In this document: piece after piece, positions 62,583-64,000 of the stretch
Layout: every line of letters starts with the position of its first letter
How positions within the stretch are numbered: the stretch's first letter is position 1
From: Guillardia theta CCMP2712
Lineage: Eukaryota; Protista; Cryptophyta
Length of the DNA: 64,000 bases
Reading direction: 5' to 3'
Assembly: GCF_000315625.1 (NCBI RefSeq)
Contig: NW_005434658.1
Location: 525,139 to 589,138 of the forward strand
Program-made: the position numbers and the translations under genes
Notes under the pieces: model-generated
What the model saw: only the letters and a program-made list of their open reading frames with translations
Told to the model about the DNA's origin: nothing
The model's database searches: none

Positions 62583-63907
62583 TCATGTGAATGGCAGGTC
62601 GTGGTTGGACCTTGGCTTCTTGATCTTGTCAAGGTTCTTCGTGATGGAGTCATACAGAATGAAATAATTGTTGCGAAGGTCATGCAGCGACAAGCAGAGG
62701 TTGACCCGCTCCCTGCGATCAACTTCTTGGATGCTCATCGCGTAATCCTTGACGCCGGGATATTTGCCAAGTCGAGAAACAAGCTTCCCGCGAGTCATGA
62801 AGTACTTGTTGATTCTTACAGGCACGTCAGTGACCAGCCGTTGAAGTCAAATATCAATCTCACCCGTCCAGCAGCGCGAAACTGGTGTCCTCTGCCTTAG
62901 CGAGATCATTCACGCTCTCTTCCTGAATCGAAACCCCGAAATTGTTGCCATCCTCCACCTTGGGGATATTCAGCTGAATCCAAATCTTGACTTTGCTCAG
63001 CATCTGAAGACAGTCTTGTATCTCCTTCTTCAAGATGGCCTAACGCGAAATTATCACGGGGACACAGCTAATCAGACGATTTCTCGTCGATCCGGAGCAA
63101 GATGACTACCTGCTGCTTCAGAATCCTCTCGTTGGATCCGAAAACGATATCGCTTTTGACGATAGAATGTTCACAGAGAGGGGCGTCATGGTCCTGAAGG
63201 ACAGGTCAGTTCCACATCTGCACGTGCAGCAGCATGTCCGAACAAGACGTCCAGACGGTCAATCAGCAGGTCGAACACAAGAGGGAACAAACAAAACAGG
63301 AATATTCATATAATACCTTGTCGGATTTCGCAGTTTTCCTGGGTGACAGGTTTCCATCTTCCACTTTCCTCTTCTTCGCGCTTGCAGCTGTGTTGTCCAG
63401 GCTTCCCTGAAAAGATTCGTGTTAGAATCAAAATGTTTGCTTCGAGATGCCAAGAAAGAGGATTCTAACAGTAAGATTGACGATGTCATCGTGTTCCGGG
63501 TATCTCCACAGCTCGTCTTCCTCTAAGATCTTGGAAAGCTCCGCCACCTGAATCAAGTTTGAATCTTGGGAAACCGAGGAGGGGGCGGAGAAAGCAAGGA
63601 AAATCAAGAACATGGTGGCAGATAGTTCAACCGCCATGAATCATCATCTGCCCTAAATGATTGGCATACAGACATGTATAACAGCATCGCGCTATGACGG
63701 CCCCTGGTCGTTTCTCACCTTTTGAGGCATCTTCTCATGGACGATAATCTCTGCCTCGGCTGCGATCCCTTGTCTGAGCTTGTCGATCTTCTGCCTGACT
63801 TCCTTCACTTGGGGGCTCTCCTCCGAGCTCACCGCGTGCTTCTCCTTCTTCTGCCCGTGCTTGGACGCCATACCGCTTCCTGCCGCGTGATCCTGAGAGG
63901 GGCCCAT
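62583..63907 (-). CDS. Proteasome activator PA28 (11S regulator, PSME3-like)
   Basis: Spliced KVKIWIQLNIPKVEDGNNFGVSIQEE (activation loop), YFMTRGKLVSRLGKYPGVKDY, LRNNYFILYDSITKNLDKIKKPRS. Confidence 0.93.
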
Positions 63908-64000
63908 GGGCGTGCCCTTCTTTTTTTAAAAGTGTAACGATCAGGGTCCATTGTAACTGTAACTGTCTTGGAGGCTCAGCTAGGGTCTAGCGGCTAGTTC

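Noticed and set aside
1-64000. Functional gene cluster, transposase, reverse transcriptase or viral insertion
   Set aside because: Genes are functionally unrelated and mostly carry host-type introns; no mobile-element coding motifs seen in the six-frame track.

Overview
Gene-dense eukaryotic nuclear DNA. Most introns are short (about 40-55 nt), GT-AG, often with CTGAC-like branch points. Bipartite signal+transit peptides of the (A/S/G)F type, an RWP-RK factor and a 'SPKTIRDIWN' HTH factor point to an alga with a secondary red plastid, most likely a cryptophyte (inference). About 21 protein genes were reconstructed by eye. Recognisable ones: light-dependent protochlorophyllide reductase (LPOR) with a long spliced C-terminal extension, RWP-RK factor, double-AAA ATPase, SDF2-like MIR protein, axonemal dynein heavy chain (~13 kb), WD40 protein, Sel1-repeat protein, PAP/fibrillin, F-box-JmjC protein, HTH factor, DYRK/HIPK-like kinase and proteasome activator PA28. 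No tRNA, rRNA, CRISPR or transposase was found. Main leads: (1) the LPOR fused to a ~235-aa unknown domain; (2) the ubiquitin C-terminal peptide LRLRGG (and variant LRLRGF) after hydrophobic N-termini in two unrelated proteins; (3) recurring intergenic 'word-mosaic' islands (CCGG/GAGTC-type and GGGGT-type) near gene 5' ends; (4) strictly alternating gene orientation with nearly touching 3' ends. Exon boundaries are manual and several gene ends are approximate.
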